A stretch of DNA of 63,609 nt, counting the filler, from Malacoraja senta (lineage: Eukaryota): assembly GCA_038087875.1 (NCBI GenBank). It is 6 parts of 6 records of this genome, joined end to end, with 100 filler letters (N's around TTAATTAATTAA, not from the genome) between each part and the next. Parts side by side here need not be neighbours in the genome. Positions count along the whole stretch, not along the records: positions 24,930 to 45,075 come from JAXLNO010004994.1; 5 more parts are not named here. The stretch is one strand, 5' to 3'. Within the stretch, counting starts at the first letter, position 1, and each line of letters begins with the position of its first letter. The position numbers and the translations under genes were made by a program. Below the pieces are notes generated by a model, which was given only the letters and a program-made list of their open reading frames with translations, was not told the DNA's origin and did not search any database. Positions 24,930 through 37,756 of this stretch are shown one piece after another.

Positions 24930-25272
24930 AAGGACTAGACAAGCTAGATGCAGGAAAAATGTTCCCAATGTTGGGCGAGTCCAGAACCAGGGGCCACAGT
25001 CTTAGAATAAAGGGGAGGCCATTTAAGACTGAGGTGAGAAAAAACGTTTTCACCCAGAGAGTTGTGAATTTGTGGCATTCCCTGCCACAGAGGACAGTGG
25101 ACGCCAAATCCCTGGATGGATTTAACAGAGTCAGATAGAGCTCCAGGGTCTAGTGGAATCAAGGGATATGGGGAGAAGGCAGGCACAGGTTATTGATTGG
25201 GGACGATCAGCCATGATCGCAATGAATGTCGGTGCTGGCTCGAAGGGCCGAATGGCCTCCTCCTGCACCTAT
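24930..25272 (+). mobile_element. CR1 3' fragment
   Basis: GLDKLDAGKMFPMLGESRTRGH.. and (tttctatg) tail. Confidence 0.9.
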
Positions 25273-25493
25273 TTTCTATGTTTCTATGTTTCTAAGTGGG
25301 TGGCCGCTCAATGGGGCAGACCCCGCACAGGGTGAGAGCAAAATGAGTGCGGTTTCCCGACCCCTGCCCGCTCCCCGCAGGTCTCTGCACTGCTGCGGAG
25401 TCTCGGGATATCGGTGCTGCCCTGCCCCTTCCCAGAGAAAACATGGATCAGGCATTTCAGTGGAGACATCAAGTCAATCGCTGCGAAACGTAC

Positions 25494-25808
25494 CGTCAGA
25501 TACTTGGAGTTCTACGTTTAACATTGGACGGCCGTTAGATGCTGTAATTCCACACCTGTACCATCCTGTATCTCCAGAGTGAAGATCCTCCACAGTCAAA
25601 GTAAATATTCCTCGTGCCGGGTTATCTGTGATTGACACTCTTCCACTCCGTCCGTGTAGCCCATTTGTTTGCACCATATCTGTACATTGGCGACTCTAAA
25701 CACGGCACCAGTATTTTGGGTGTGAGCGGTACTCTGCTGCATAGTGACAATCGATTGTGATCGCTCTTCCCACATCTCCTGTTACATACGTCTCTCCCCA
25801 CACTGCAG
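25494..25808 (-). pseudogene. Duplicated CD300/pIgR-like Ig V exon with an in-frame TAG
   Basis: Paralog of 27984-28304; KYWCRV*SRQC (TAG at about 25695-25697); donor GTACGT retained; upstream acceptor AG of the intact copy lost. Confidence 0.85.
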
Positions 25809-26809
25809 CTGAAATGAAGGGGAGAAACTTTCAGATGGAGAGAAAATGAACTGTTTAATGGAAATAGATACATTTTGAAGAAAACATGCAAGAAAACTTA
25901 AATCGTTCCACGATGTGTCATATTGCTTCACGGCCAATGTCTCCGGTCTGAAGTGCAGGCAGTGCTGTTATTGTACCTGTTGTGTCAGTGTTCTGTCCCC
26001 GGGTCAGTACAATTAGGGTTCACTTCCCACTCCAGATCCCTGAGCAGAAACTGGGCTGGGATCGCAGTGCGGTACTGAGGGAGCGCGGCAGTGTTGCAGG
26101 AGCTGCCTTTCAACAATCCCAGGCGGTGCCCGGCCTCTCACCCTGCAGAAAGACCTCACTTTGCTATTTCATTGGCGGTGCCGCCGGCTACGCTGCCAAC
26201 ATTCATCTCTCAACCGACACTGGGCCGGACCCGTGTTTAGGCATTCACCGCCGCCACTGCTTTTACATAGCCCTGACTGAGAACAGAGGACGGACGGGTT
26301 ACAATAAAGCGGGTCAAGAAATAAGAGACAATAGGTGTAGGAGTAGGCCATTCGGCCCTTCGAGCCAGCACCGACATTCACTATGATCATGGCTGATCAT
26401 CCACAACCAGTACCCCGTTCCTACCTTCTCACCATTTCCCATAGCGCCGCTATCTTTTAGAGCTCCATCTAACTCTCTCGCTCTGACGTTTCGGGTCGAG
26501 ACCCATGCTCAGACCCGAAACGTTACCCATTTCTTCTCTCCAGAGATGCTGCCTGAATCGCTGAGTTAATCCAGCATTTTTTGTCTATCTTTAATTGTCT
26601 TTTATTTCCTTATCTCAACAGAACCTAAATCTATTCGTGATTCGTTAACATCAGTAGGGTTCACTTCAAATACAAATGTAACACCCGATAACAATCATCA
26701 GGAAACCACTGCGCCCAGTTACTCTAACGGGTATAGTGTTCTCTTGCTCAATTTTTGATTGGTCTTGCTTTTCAATATGAGAGGTGGAGACACAAGGAAC
26801 TGTAGATAC

Positions 26810-27650
26810 ATACATAGATAAATAGATACATATATACATAGGCAATAGGTGCAGGAGTAGGCCATTCAGCCCTTCGAGCCAGCACCGCCATTCAATGTGT
26901 TCATGGCTGATCATCCAGAATCAGTAACCCGTTCCTGCCTTTCCCCATACCCCTTGATTCCGCTAGCCCAAAGCGCTCTATCTAACCCTCTTTTGAATGC
27001 ATCCAGTGAATCGGCCTCCACTGCCTTCTGAGGCAGATAATTCCACAGATTCACAACACTCTGGGTGAAAATGTTTTTCCTAATCTCCGTTTTAAATGGC
27101 CTATCCATTATTCTTAATATCGGGAAAATGTTTCCTGCCTCTCGCGTATCCAATCCCTTAATAATCTTATATGTTTCAATAAGATCCCATCTTATCCTTC
27201 TAAATTCCAGAGTATACAAGCGCAGCCGCTCCATTCTATCAACATATGACAGTCCCGCCATCCCGGGAATTAACCCTGTGATCCTACGCTGCACTGCCTC
27301 AATAGCAAGAAGATCCTTCGTCAAATTTGGAGATCAAAACTGTACACAATAATCCAGGAGTGGTCTCACTAGTGCCATGTACAAATGCAGAAGGACCTCT
27401 TTGCTCCTGTAAACAACTCCGCTAGTTATTAAGGTCAACATGCCACTAGCTTCCTTCACTGCCTGCTGTACCTGCATGCTTACTTTCAGTGAGTGATGAA
27501 CAAGGACCCCCAGATCTCTTTGTACTTCCCCTTTTCCCAAACTGACACCATTCAGATAATAATCTGCCTACATGATTTTGCTGCTAAAGTGGATAACCTC
27601 ACATTTATCCACATTAAACTTCATCTGCCACGCATCTGCCCACTCACCCA
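26810..27650 (-). mobile_element. CR1 3' portion, degenerate
   Basis: VQRDLGVLVHHSLKV..AIEAVQRRITGLIPG.. Confidence 0.9.
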
Positions 27651-27983
27651 ATCACTCACCCACTCACCACTCGCCCACTCACCACCCACCTCCAGGTCCC
27701 TTACCGGAGAGCGTTACTAGCGTGAACACGCACACCGCCAGATTCGGGGACAATTTCTTCACAGCTGTTGTCAGGCATCTGAATCATCCTACCACATCCA
27801 GAGAGTAGTGTGGAACTATGTACGTCTTTGATGACCCCGGACTACCCTTAATCGGACTTTGCTGGATTTGCCTTACACTAAACGTAATTTCCTTTTCATG
27901 TATCTATGCACTGTAAGAGGATCGATTGTAATCCTGTATTGTCTTTCTACTGGAGACGTCAAGTCATTCGCTGCGAAACGTAC

Positions 27984-28304
27984 CGTCAGATACTTCGAGT
28001 AAAACGTTAAATATTGGATGGTCGGCAGATGTAGTAATTCCACATCTGTACCATCCTGTATCTTCAGAGTGAAGATCCTCCACAGTCACAGTCAATATTC
28101 CTCGTGCCGGGTTATCTGAGATTGACACTCTTCCATTCCGTCCGTGTTGCCCATTAGTTTCCACTAAATCTCTGCACGGTCGACTCCTCCCACGGCACCA
28201 GTATTTTGTGTGTGAGCGGTACTCTGCTGCATAGTGACAATCGATTGTGATCGCTGTTCCCACAGCTCCTCTTACATCCCACTTTGCCCACACTGTATCT
28301 GAAA
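27984..28304 (-). CDS. Ig V-set exon of a CD300/pIgR (CMRF35)-like receptor: (V)SDTVWAKWDVRGAVGTAITIDCHYAAEYRSHTKYWCRGRSRPCRDLVETNGQHGRNGRVSISDNPARGILTVTVEDLHSEDTGWYRCGITTSADHPIFNVLLEVSD
   Basis: Open, phase 1-1; acceptor ctcAG (alternative tttcAG 6 nt downstream), donor GTACGT; four Cys including the KYWC...C extra disulfide typical of CD300/pIgR/TREM V domains; EDTGWYRC motif; no RSS. Confidence 0.92.
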
Positions 28305-28728
28305 CTGAGCGGAGAAACTTTCAGATCGAGAACAAATTAACCGTTTAATGGAAATAGATACATTTTGAAGATTACATGAAAGAAAACGTAAAACGTTCCA
28401 TAATGTGTCGTATTGCTTCTCGGCCAATGTCTCCGGTCTGAAGTGCAGGCAGTGCTGTTATTGTACCAGTTGTGTCAGTGTTCTGTCCCCGGGTCAGTAC
28501 AATTAGGGTTCACTTCGCACCCCAGATCCCTGAGCAGAAACTGGGCTGGGAGCGCAGTGCGGTTCTGAGGGAGCGCGGCAATTTTGCAGGAGCTGCCTTC
28601 CAACAATCCCAGGCGGTGCCCGGCCTCTCACCCTACAGAAAGACCCCACTTTGCTATGTAATTGGCGGTGCCGCCGGCTGCGCTACCAACATTCATCTCT
28701 CAATCGACACTGGGCCGGACGCGTGTTT

Positions 28729-28972
28729 TTTTTTAAATTATCAAATAATTTATTCAATTATTAAAAATAATATTTACAATACAATAAAACAAAACAGAAC
28801 CCACCGCCATAATACAAGACAAACAAATAAACGAAATAAACTACTATACAACTATGTTACAATACTTGTCAAGGATGTATTCAACCCCAGGCGGTGCCCA
28901 GATGTCCCGGAAATCCCCCAGGTGCCCGCGGACAGCGCCTGGTACCCCTCTAGTCCCACCCGGACGCGGAAA
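28729..28972 (-). mobile_element. 5'-truncated Tx1/L1-type LINE 3' end with poly(A) and 15-bp TSD
   Basis: T-run at left junction; GCCGGAC[G/C]CGTGTTT at 28714-28728 and 28973-28987; absent from the paralogous intron at about 26220. Confidence 0.8.
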
Positions 28973-29727
28973 GCCGGACCCGTGTTTAGACATTCACCGC
29001 CGCCACTGCCTTTACAAAGCCCTGACTGAGGACACAGAGGACGGACGAGTTACAATAAAGCGGGTCCATTACCGGAGAGCGTTACTAACGTGAAAAGGCA
29101 CACCGCCAGATTCGGGGACAGTTCCTTCCCAGCTGTTATCAGACATCGGAATCATCCTACCACTACCAGAGAGCAGTGCTGAACTATCTACCTCTTTGGT
29201 GACCCTAGGACTGGGCTGCGGATTGGAAAGTGGATAGAGAGAGAGTTGGGGGTAGATGGATAGAGCGAGGACAGTGGTTCAGTCTCAGACTCCGGGGAAT
29301 TGTTGGGTTTGCGACAGATTTGAGTTGGAGAAATGCAGGGAATATTTGAACTGACATAATGAGTCCACAATCCCGAATCCCCCCCTCAGTTGTAAACACA
29401 TTTTAAAAGTGTAGAATTAACTTCCTGGTGATGCTGCAACCTCTGTCCTTCGGTCCAGGTATCTTGGAGTATCTGCTCCAAATTCATTTTTTATTTTATG
29501 CTTGTAAACTATCATCAGGATGCAATTAGACCAAGTGTCAACAGTGGTTAAACTACGAACATAGTCTAGATATTCAAATGTGATTTCAGATCCATCACCA
29601 CAATGCACTGAGTTGCATCTCCCCCATTACATGTCTACACATACTTAACTATCTCTGCTGTGAAAAGGGTGCATGGGACCCCAAATAACATTGATCATTG
29701 GAATATCAGGATCTGGCTTTGACTCAC

Positions 29728-29764
29728 CCGGCAGCGAGGAGATGAGAAGAATGGGAATCCACAT
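29728..29764 (-). CDS. Leader exon MWIPILLISSLP of the CD300/pIgR-like gene
   Basis: aaaacaATG, 37 nt, donor GTGAGT, phase 1; splices in frame to the V exon (MWIPILLISSLPVSDTVW). Confidence 0.88.
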
Positions 29765-29937
29765 TGTTTTATCCACAGTGACGAGGTCAGCACTTGTCAG
29801 TCTGTCGCTCAGCTCGTAGCTCTCAGATACAACCGCATCTCTCAAATAGCAACGACGAAGAAGGGAACAGGACTTGAGATCGTGAACCACAGCGAGCCAG
29901 CAGCAGCTCGACACGTTACAGTGTGAAAGGATCAGGG

Positions 29938-29946
29938 TTATATTTA
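29938..29946 (-). promoter_or_regulatory. Possible TATA-like element of the CD300-like gene
   Basis: TAAATATAA about 175 nt upstream of the leader ATG; position only, no functional data. Confidence 0.3.
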
Positions 29947-30107
29947 ACAAATGGTTGGGTCAGATGATCACAGTCATACGTCACGGAAACAGGCCCTTCT
30001 CCCCAACGCGTTAGACCAATGTGCTCATCCAAGTTAGTCAGATCTTCCCACGTTCAACCCGAAACTCCCCAAACCTTCCCCATACGTGGACCTGTCCAAG
30101 TGCTCAT

Positions 30108-33100
30108 AGATACATAGATACATAGAAAATAGGTGCAGGAGTAGGCCATTCGGCCCTTCGAGCCTGCACCGCCATTCAATATGATCATGGCTGATCATCC
30201 AACTCAGTATCCCGTACCTGCCTTCTCTCCATACCCCCTGATCCCCTTAGCCACAAGGGCCACATCTAACTCCCTCTTAAATATAGCCAATGAACTGGCC
30301 TCAACAACGCTCTGTGGCAGAGAGTTCCAGAGATTCACCACTCTCTGTGTGAAAAAGTTTTTACTCATCTCGGTCTTAAAGGATTTCCCCCTTATCCTTA
30401 AGCTGTGACCCCTTGTCCTGGACTTCCCCAACATCGGGAACAATCTTCCTGCATCTAGCCTGTCCAACCCCATGAGAATTTTGTACGTTTCTATAAGATC
30501 CCCTCTCAAACTCCTAAATTCTAGCGAGTATAAGCCAAGTCTATCCAGTCTTTCTTCATATGAAAGTCCTGACATCCCAGGAATCAGTCTGGTGAACCTT
30601 TTCTGCACTCCCTCTATGGCTATAATGTCCTTCCTCAGATTTGGAGACCAAAACTGTACGCAATACTCCAGGTGTGGTCTCACCAAGACCCCGTACAACT
30701 GCAGTGGAACCTCGCTGCTCCTATACTCAAATCCTCTTGCTATGAAGGCCAACATACCATTCGCTTTCTTCACTGCCTGCTGCACCTGCATGCCTACTTT
30801 CAATGACTGGTGTACCATGACACCCAGGTCTCGCTGCATCTCCCCATTTCCTAATCGGCCACCATTTAGATAATAGTCTGCCTTCCCGTTTTTGCCACCA
30901 AAGTGGATAACCTCACATTTATCCACATTATACTGCATCTGCCAAACATTTGCCCACTCACCCAGCCTATCCAAATCACCTTGCAGTCTCATAGCATCCT
31001 CCTCACAGCTAACACTGCCCCCCAGCTTAGTGTCATCCGCAAACTTGGAGATGTTGCTTTCAATTCCCTCGTCCAGATCATTAATATAAATTGTAAATAG
31101 CTGGGGTCCCAGCACTGAGCCTTGCAGTACCCCACTAGTCACTGCCTGCCATTGTGAAAAGGACCCGTTTACTCCTACTCTTTGCTTCCTGTTTGCCAGC
31201 CAGTTCTCTATCCACATCAATACTGAACCCCCAATACCGTGTGATTTAAGTTTGTATCCTAATCTCTTATGTGGTACCTTGTCGAAAGCCTTCTGAAAGT
31301 CCAGATACAACACATCCACTGGTTCTCCCCTATCCACTCTACTAGTTACATCCTCGAAAAATTCTATAAGCTTCGTCAGACACGATTTACCTTTCGTAAA
31401 TCCATGCTGAGTTTGTCCAATGATTTCACCACTTTCCAAATGTGCTGCTATCCCATCTTTAGTAACTGACTCTAGCACTTTCCCCACTACCGATGTTAGA
31501 CTAACTGGTCTGTAATTCCCCGTTTTCTCTCTCCCTCTTAAAAAGTGGGGTTACGTTTGCTACCCTCCAATCCTCAGGAACTACTCCAGAATCTAAAGAC
31601 TTTTGAAAAATTATCACTAATGCATCCACTATTTCTGGAGCTACTTCCTTAAGTACTCTGGGATGCAACCTATCTGGCCCTAGTGATTTATCGGCCTTTA
31701 ATTCATTCAATTTACCCAACACCACTTCCCACCTAACCTGGATTTCACTCAGTTCCTCCATCTCCTTTGACCCGCGGCCCCCTGCTATTTCCGGCAGATT
31801 ATTTATGTCTTCCTTAGTGAAGACGGAACCAACGTAGATATTCAATTGATCCGCCATATCCTTGTTCCCCATGATCAATTCACCTGTTTCTGACTGCAAG
31901 GGACCTACATTTGTTTTAACTAATCTCTTTCTCTTCACATATCTATAAAAACTTTTGCAGTCAGTTTTTATGTTCCCTGCCAGTTTCCTTTCATAATTTA
32001 TTTTCCCTTTCCTAATTAAGCCCTTTGTCCTCCTCTGCCGGTCTCTGAATTTCTCCCAGTCCTCAGGTATGCTGCTTTTTCTGGCTAATTTGTACGCATC
32101 ATCTTTTGCTTTGATACTATCCCTGATTTCCCTTGTTATCCACGGATGCACTACCTTCCCTGATTTATTCTTTTGCCAAACTGGGATGAACAATTTTTGT
32201 AGTTCATCCATGCAGTCTTTAAATGCCTTCCATTGCATATCCACCGTCAACCTTTTTAGAACTAATTGCCAGTCAATCTTGGCCAATTCACGTCTCATAC
32301 CCTCAAAGTTACCTTTCTTTAAGTTCAGAACCGTTGTTTCTGAATTAACAATGTCACTCTCCATCCTAATGAAGAACTCAACCATATTATGGTCACTCTT
32401 GCCCAAGGGGGCACGCACAACAAGACTGCTAACTAACCCTTCCTCATTACTCAATACCCAGTCTAGAATAGCCTGCTCTCTCGTTGGTTCCTCTACATGT
32501 TGGTTTAGATAACTATCCCGCATACATTCCAAGAAATCATCTTCCTCAGCACCCCTGCCAATTTGATTCACCCAATCTATATGTAGATTGAAGTCACCCA
32601 TTATAACTGTTTTGCCTTTGTTGCACGCATTTCTAATTTCCTGTTTGATGCCATCCCCAACTTCACTACTACTGCTAGGTGGCCTGAACACAACACCCAC
32701 CAGCGTTTTCTGCCCCTTAGTGTTTCGCAGCTCTATCCATACCGATTCCACATCCTCCAAGCTAATGTCCTTCCTTTCCACTGCGTTAATCTCCTCTCTA
32801 ACCAGCAACGCTACCCCACCTCCTTTTCCTTTCTCTCTATCCCTCCTGAATATTGAATATCCCTGGATGTTCAGCTCCCAGCCTTGGTCACCCTGGCGCC
32901 ATGTCTCCGTGATCCCAACTATATCATAATCATTAATTGCTATCTGCACGTTCAACTCATCCACCTTATTAAGAATGCTCCTTGCATTGAGACACAAAGC
33001 CTTCAGGCTTGTTTTTACAACGCTCTTACCCCTTATACAATTATGTTGAAAAGTGGCTCTTTTTGATTTTTGCCCTGGATTTGTCTGCCTGCCACTTTTA

Positions 33101-34812
33101 CGTTTCACCTTGCTACCTATTGCTTCCGCCCGCATTTTACACCCCTCTGTTTCTCTGCTCACCCATTTAAGAACCCCACCACCTCTTATTCTCTGTTTAT
33201 TATTGTTTTCTTCTCCCCCCCCCACATGTTGGGTCTGAGTGCTTTCCTTCTCTGCCTCCTGCCTCACACACTGTCTAATAGCATTCTCTATTTGAGTCCC
33301 TCCCCCCAACCATTCTAGTTTAAAGTCTCCCCAGTAGCCTTTGCAGATCTCCCCGCCAGGATATCGGTCCCCCTCAGGTTTAAGTGCAACCCATCCTTTT
33401 TGTACAGGTCGCACTTTCCTCAAAAGAGGTCCCAATGATCCACAAATTTGAATCCCTGCCCTCTGCACCAGTCCTTCAGCCACGCATTTATCCTCCACCT
33501 CGCTCCATTCCTACTCTCTCTGTCGCGTGGCACAGGCAGTAATCCCGAGATTGTTACCTTTTCTGTCCTTCTCTTTAAGTCCCCTCCTAACTCCCTAAAT
33601 TCTCCTTTCAGGACCTCTTCTCTTTTTTTACCTATGTCATTGGTACCTCTATGTACCACGACCTCGGGCTCCTCTCCCTGCCCTTTCAGGATATCTTGGA
33701 CACGTTGAGACACATCACAGACCCTGGCACCAGGGAGGCAAACTACCATCCAGGTCTCCCGACTGCGTCCACAGAATCGCCTGTCTGACCACCTAACTAT
33801 AGAGTCCCCTATTAGTATTGTCCTCCTCTTCTTTTCCTTTCCCTTCTGAGCAACAGGGCCGGTCTCTATACCGGAGGCCCGGCCGCTGTCGCTAACCCCA
33901 GGTAGGCTGTCCACCCCAACAGTGCTCAAACAGGAGTACTTATTGTCAAGGTGTACAGCCACCGGGGTACTCTCTAGTCCCTGCCTGTGCCCCTTGCCTC
34001 TCCCAACCGTGATCCACTTGCCTGCCTCCTGTGGTGTTGGAGTGACCACATCCCTGTAACTCCTCTCAATGACTTCCTCGCTCTCCCTGACCAGATGGAG
34101 GTCATCGAGCTGCTGATCCAGGTTCCTAATACGGTCCATTAGGAGCCCATCTCGATACACCTGGCGCAGATGTGGACGTCTGGAGGGCTATCAGACTCCA
34201 TGACTTCCCACATCTGAGATCCAGAACAGTAAACTGCCCTGGCCCTCATATTCCCCTTACCCTGGTTAGAATACAAAACAAAATGAAATAATACAGTACA
34301 ATCAGCAGGGATCTGACTCCCAATCAGCTGCTCCCTCTTGTCTGCTTCCACCAATCAGCGGCTTCCTTAAACCCACTTGTTTTTGAAGTGGAACTTGGAA
34401 CGTTACATATTTGGGTTCCTCCTCCCTCTGCGACCGCTCCAACGGCTCTCGGGCCTCTGTAGAAGCAAGCCCCGCGCTCCTCTTTAACTCCTACCGCTCG
34501 AGTGTAGCTCCTCCCTCTGCGACCTCTCCAACGGCTCTCGGGCCTCTGTAGAAGCAAGCCCCGCGCTCCTCTTTAACTCCTACCGCTCGAGTGTAGCTCC
34601 TCCCTCTGCGACCTCTCCAACGGCTCTCGGGCCTCTGTAGAAGCAAGCCCCGCGCTCCTCTTTAACTTCTACCGCTCTGGTGTAGCTCCTCCCTCTGCGA
34701 CCTCTCCAACGGCTCTCGGGCCTCTGTAGAAGCAAGCCCCGCGCTCCTCTTTATCTCCTACCGCTCGGGTGTTGCTCCTCCCCCTGCGACCTCTCCAACG
34801 GCTCTCGGGCCT
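30108..34812 (-). mobile_element. Near full-length CR1 LINE (about 4.7 kb): tandem 5' UTR, ORF1 (Zn-finger-like N-terminus + SGNH), ORF2 (APE+RT) with a few frameshifts
   Basis: ORFs 33420-34354, 31501-33498 and 30204-31487; LCLNARSILNK, GKSDHN, FQKAFDKVPH and KFADDTK motifs; (tctatg)n tail. Confidence 0.97.
34418..34812 (-). repeat. 89-bp GC-rich tandem repeat (about 4.4 units) forming the CR1 5' end
   Basis: aacggctctc recurs at 34441, 34530, 34619, 34708 and 34797. Confidence 0.95.
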
Positions 34813-36741
34813 CGTTACATGTTGTTATTGCAGCTGCTTCAACCACTTCGTCAAGTATGATGTATCCGTTAGGAGGCAGCGGCGATTATCTCTGTTAACA
34901 CTGAACAGTGGTGGAAATAATGATAGACAAAAACATGCATAAGGAACTCTGCGGGCCAGGCAGCACCTCTGGAGAAAATGGTTAGGTGACGTTTCGGGTC
35001 GGGCCCCTTCATGTAAACAATGATACATTGGATAAAATATGACATGATTTAGAATTGTAGAAACGTCTAAGATGTGTACACTTCCGGATCATTCCCTCTT
35101 GATGATTTTGTAAGTGGACCGGCAGATCAAAAATATAATAATTGGAACTTTTGTTTTTGCTTATTACTGTTGACAAGGGGCAAAACAGGAAGCTGGCGTT
35201 AGGAAGTAGGGGGTTTTCATCTGAAATCAGCTGAGGTTAATTGGAGTTTGACCCTCTCCTCTCTGCTTCAACTCTTCAATTCAAATTTGAAACACTATTG
35301 TCATGGTATTCACGTTTTGAAAATAGAAAATTAACGGTCTGGAGGACTGTGAAGAAGTTTGTCTAGAATTACCACAGGATGGAGATCAGCTGGGAAAGCG
35401 GGATGTGGAATGTAACTGACATGTGTAATGTAACTCAACAAGGGCGAAGTGATACACTTAGTGAAGTTAAAGCAAGGTAGAATATGCACGGCGAATTGAA
35501 TTATTAACTTGTCTTCTTTACAATGCAGAGCGAATACATTATCAGAGTTGTGTTCATGTACATTCCATTGGCTGACTTTGTACATCTGCTTGCAACGATT
35601 TCATTCTGCAGGCAACTAGTTGCATTATAATATAACCTAATATCTGCTGCCGTCTATCGTTCTGGTGTGTCACTTTAAGTGGAACAGTGCCGTTTATTCT
35701 GGTTGTGTACATCTGTGGCAATGTTATGTATCACGTAGTATGGGTGTAACACACTGATGAGTCCGCCACTGGTGTTAGCTGAGCGTTGGCGACCCTCAGT
35801 AAAGGATCTTTTGTTAGGATCTATTTCCTGTATACTTGCCCAACTAAAAACACTGCAGAGAGGAACGGACGATGCAGCAAAACAATTGAATTCTGTCTAC
35901 ATTCGCCTTTGACCCATGACTACTGCAAACACTTCTCAGCAAACAGTTTTACAGCGAGCTGCTCGCAAGATGCCGTTCAGAGTTACGAATCTACACACCC
36001 TTTTTTTCAGCAGCGCGAGCAAAGTGTCAGCACTGCAGAACAATTCAGTGTAAAGAAATAAATGACTGTTTGAACATATTAGATTAAAGTACATTGCAAG
36101 CCAGTACCCATCACTAAACACAATAGTGGCATCGACCCGAAATGTCACCCGTTCTTTCCCTGCTGTGATGCTGCCTATCCCGCTGAGTTGTTCCAGTATT
36201 TTGTGTCTATCTGTCGCATCTCAGACTGTTTACCTCTCACTATCTATGAGGCACTTTGGGATGTCCTGCAGTGGGGTAAAGATCCAATTCAAGTTCATTC
36301 CTCCCATTAGACCATAAACAAGCTCGAGTTGAAAGGGGCCAGGCAGCATCAATGTGACCACATAATCTGCAAGTACCTCTGGCTATTCAGCACTCCTCGG
36401 ATATCCCTAACATGGGGGTTTATGAGTTCAAAGCAGCCTCTGGTCTCATTTCCTCGTCTCCCCGCTTACTGTGTGGATAATATTTATCTTTGTCAGTGGG
36501 ACATTTTACCCAAAGCAATCCTTGACTCTTTCGGAACTTTATGGTGGTTACTCCGTTATTGCAGGTCACCATTTCTTATATTCAAACAACATCCTTCACA
36601 GTTCTTTCGTGGGCGGGGTTACAGTCACAAGTCAGACTGAAGAAAGCAACACAATGTATTTGCAGTTTCACACCCCGCGCTTTGCAAGCTGCAAACTCAA
36701 CCATTTTGTTCGGCACAAGAATAGACTTTCCACTAATTTAG

Positions 36742-37058
36742 TTTAGTTTAGTTTAGTTTGGAGATACAGCGCGGAAACAGGCCCTTCGGCTCACCGAGGC
36801 CACACTGACCAGCGATCCCCGCACAATAACGCTATCCCACACACACTGTGGACAATTTACATTTATAGCAAGCCAATTAACCTACAAACCTGTACGTCTT
36901 TGTAGTGTGGGAGGAAATCGAAGATCTGGGAGAAAAATCACGCGGTCACGGTAGAGCGTACAAACTCCGTACACACAGTTCCCGTAGTCGGGATCGAACC
37001 TGGGTCTCCCGCACTGCAAGCGTTGTAAGGCAGCAACTCTACCGTTGCGCCACCTTGG
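36742..37058 (-). mobile_element. V-SINE/HE1-like SINE, young copy
   Basis: (tttag)n tail on the plus strand, full body, tRNA-like head. Confidence 0.9.
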
Positions 37059-37269
37059 CCATTATTTATAGTCCATTAACTCTTTTGTACGGTGGACAAA
37101 ATGAATAACTCGTTGCAGCAATAAAACGTTTATCAACATTACTGTACTCAAAAGACGCGAACGTAGGGTGATATAGAACCAGTGTGAAAGGGTTGATTGC
37201 TGGTTGACGTGGGCTCGGTGGGCCAAATGGTCAGTATCCATGCTGTTTCTTTCAATCATTTAATCAAAA

Positions 37270-37755
37270 AAATATTGTTGTACAACATTGCTGGAGTATC
37301 TCATTGGGACAGGTAGCATCTATGGATGAAAGGAATGGGTGAAGTTTCGGGTCGAGACCCTTATTCAGACTGAAGTCAAGGGAGGTGGAAATAATTAGAT
37401 TAGGAATTGTAAGGAGTGAAAACGGGACAAAGGGGGTGAAGCTCAAGGAAAATGTAGAATAGATCATTGTTAGCTGGGAGAAGGTAACAACAAAGCAATT
37501 AATGGTAAAATGTAGTCGGAGACTGTCAGGCTGATCGGAGAGCTGGTAAGTGGGGGGCTGGATTGAGAGGGAAAGCAAGGGTTACTTGAAGTTAGAGAAG
37601 TCAATGTTCACACCGCTGGGGTGTAAGCTGCCCTAGCGAAATATCAGGTGCGGTTCCTCCTATTTGCGCTGGGACTCACTCTGACAATGGAGAATGCCCA
37701 GGATAGCAATGTCAGTGTGGGAATGGGAGGGGGAGTTCAAGTGTTTAGCGAAACG
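37270..37755 (-). mobile_element. Penelope-like element 3' end (GIY-YIG C-terminus + terminal repeat)
   Basis: Remnant HFNSPSHSH..LHCQSE..HLIFR..LHPSGVNIDFSNFK; terminal segment matches many short copies in the window. Confidence 0.8.
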
Positions 37756-37756
37756 T

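Noticed and set aside
35185-35210. Pair of AGGAAG ETS-like motifs upstream of the CD300-like gene
   Set aside because: Short motifs expected by chance; no supporting data
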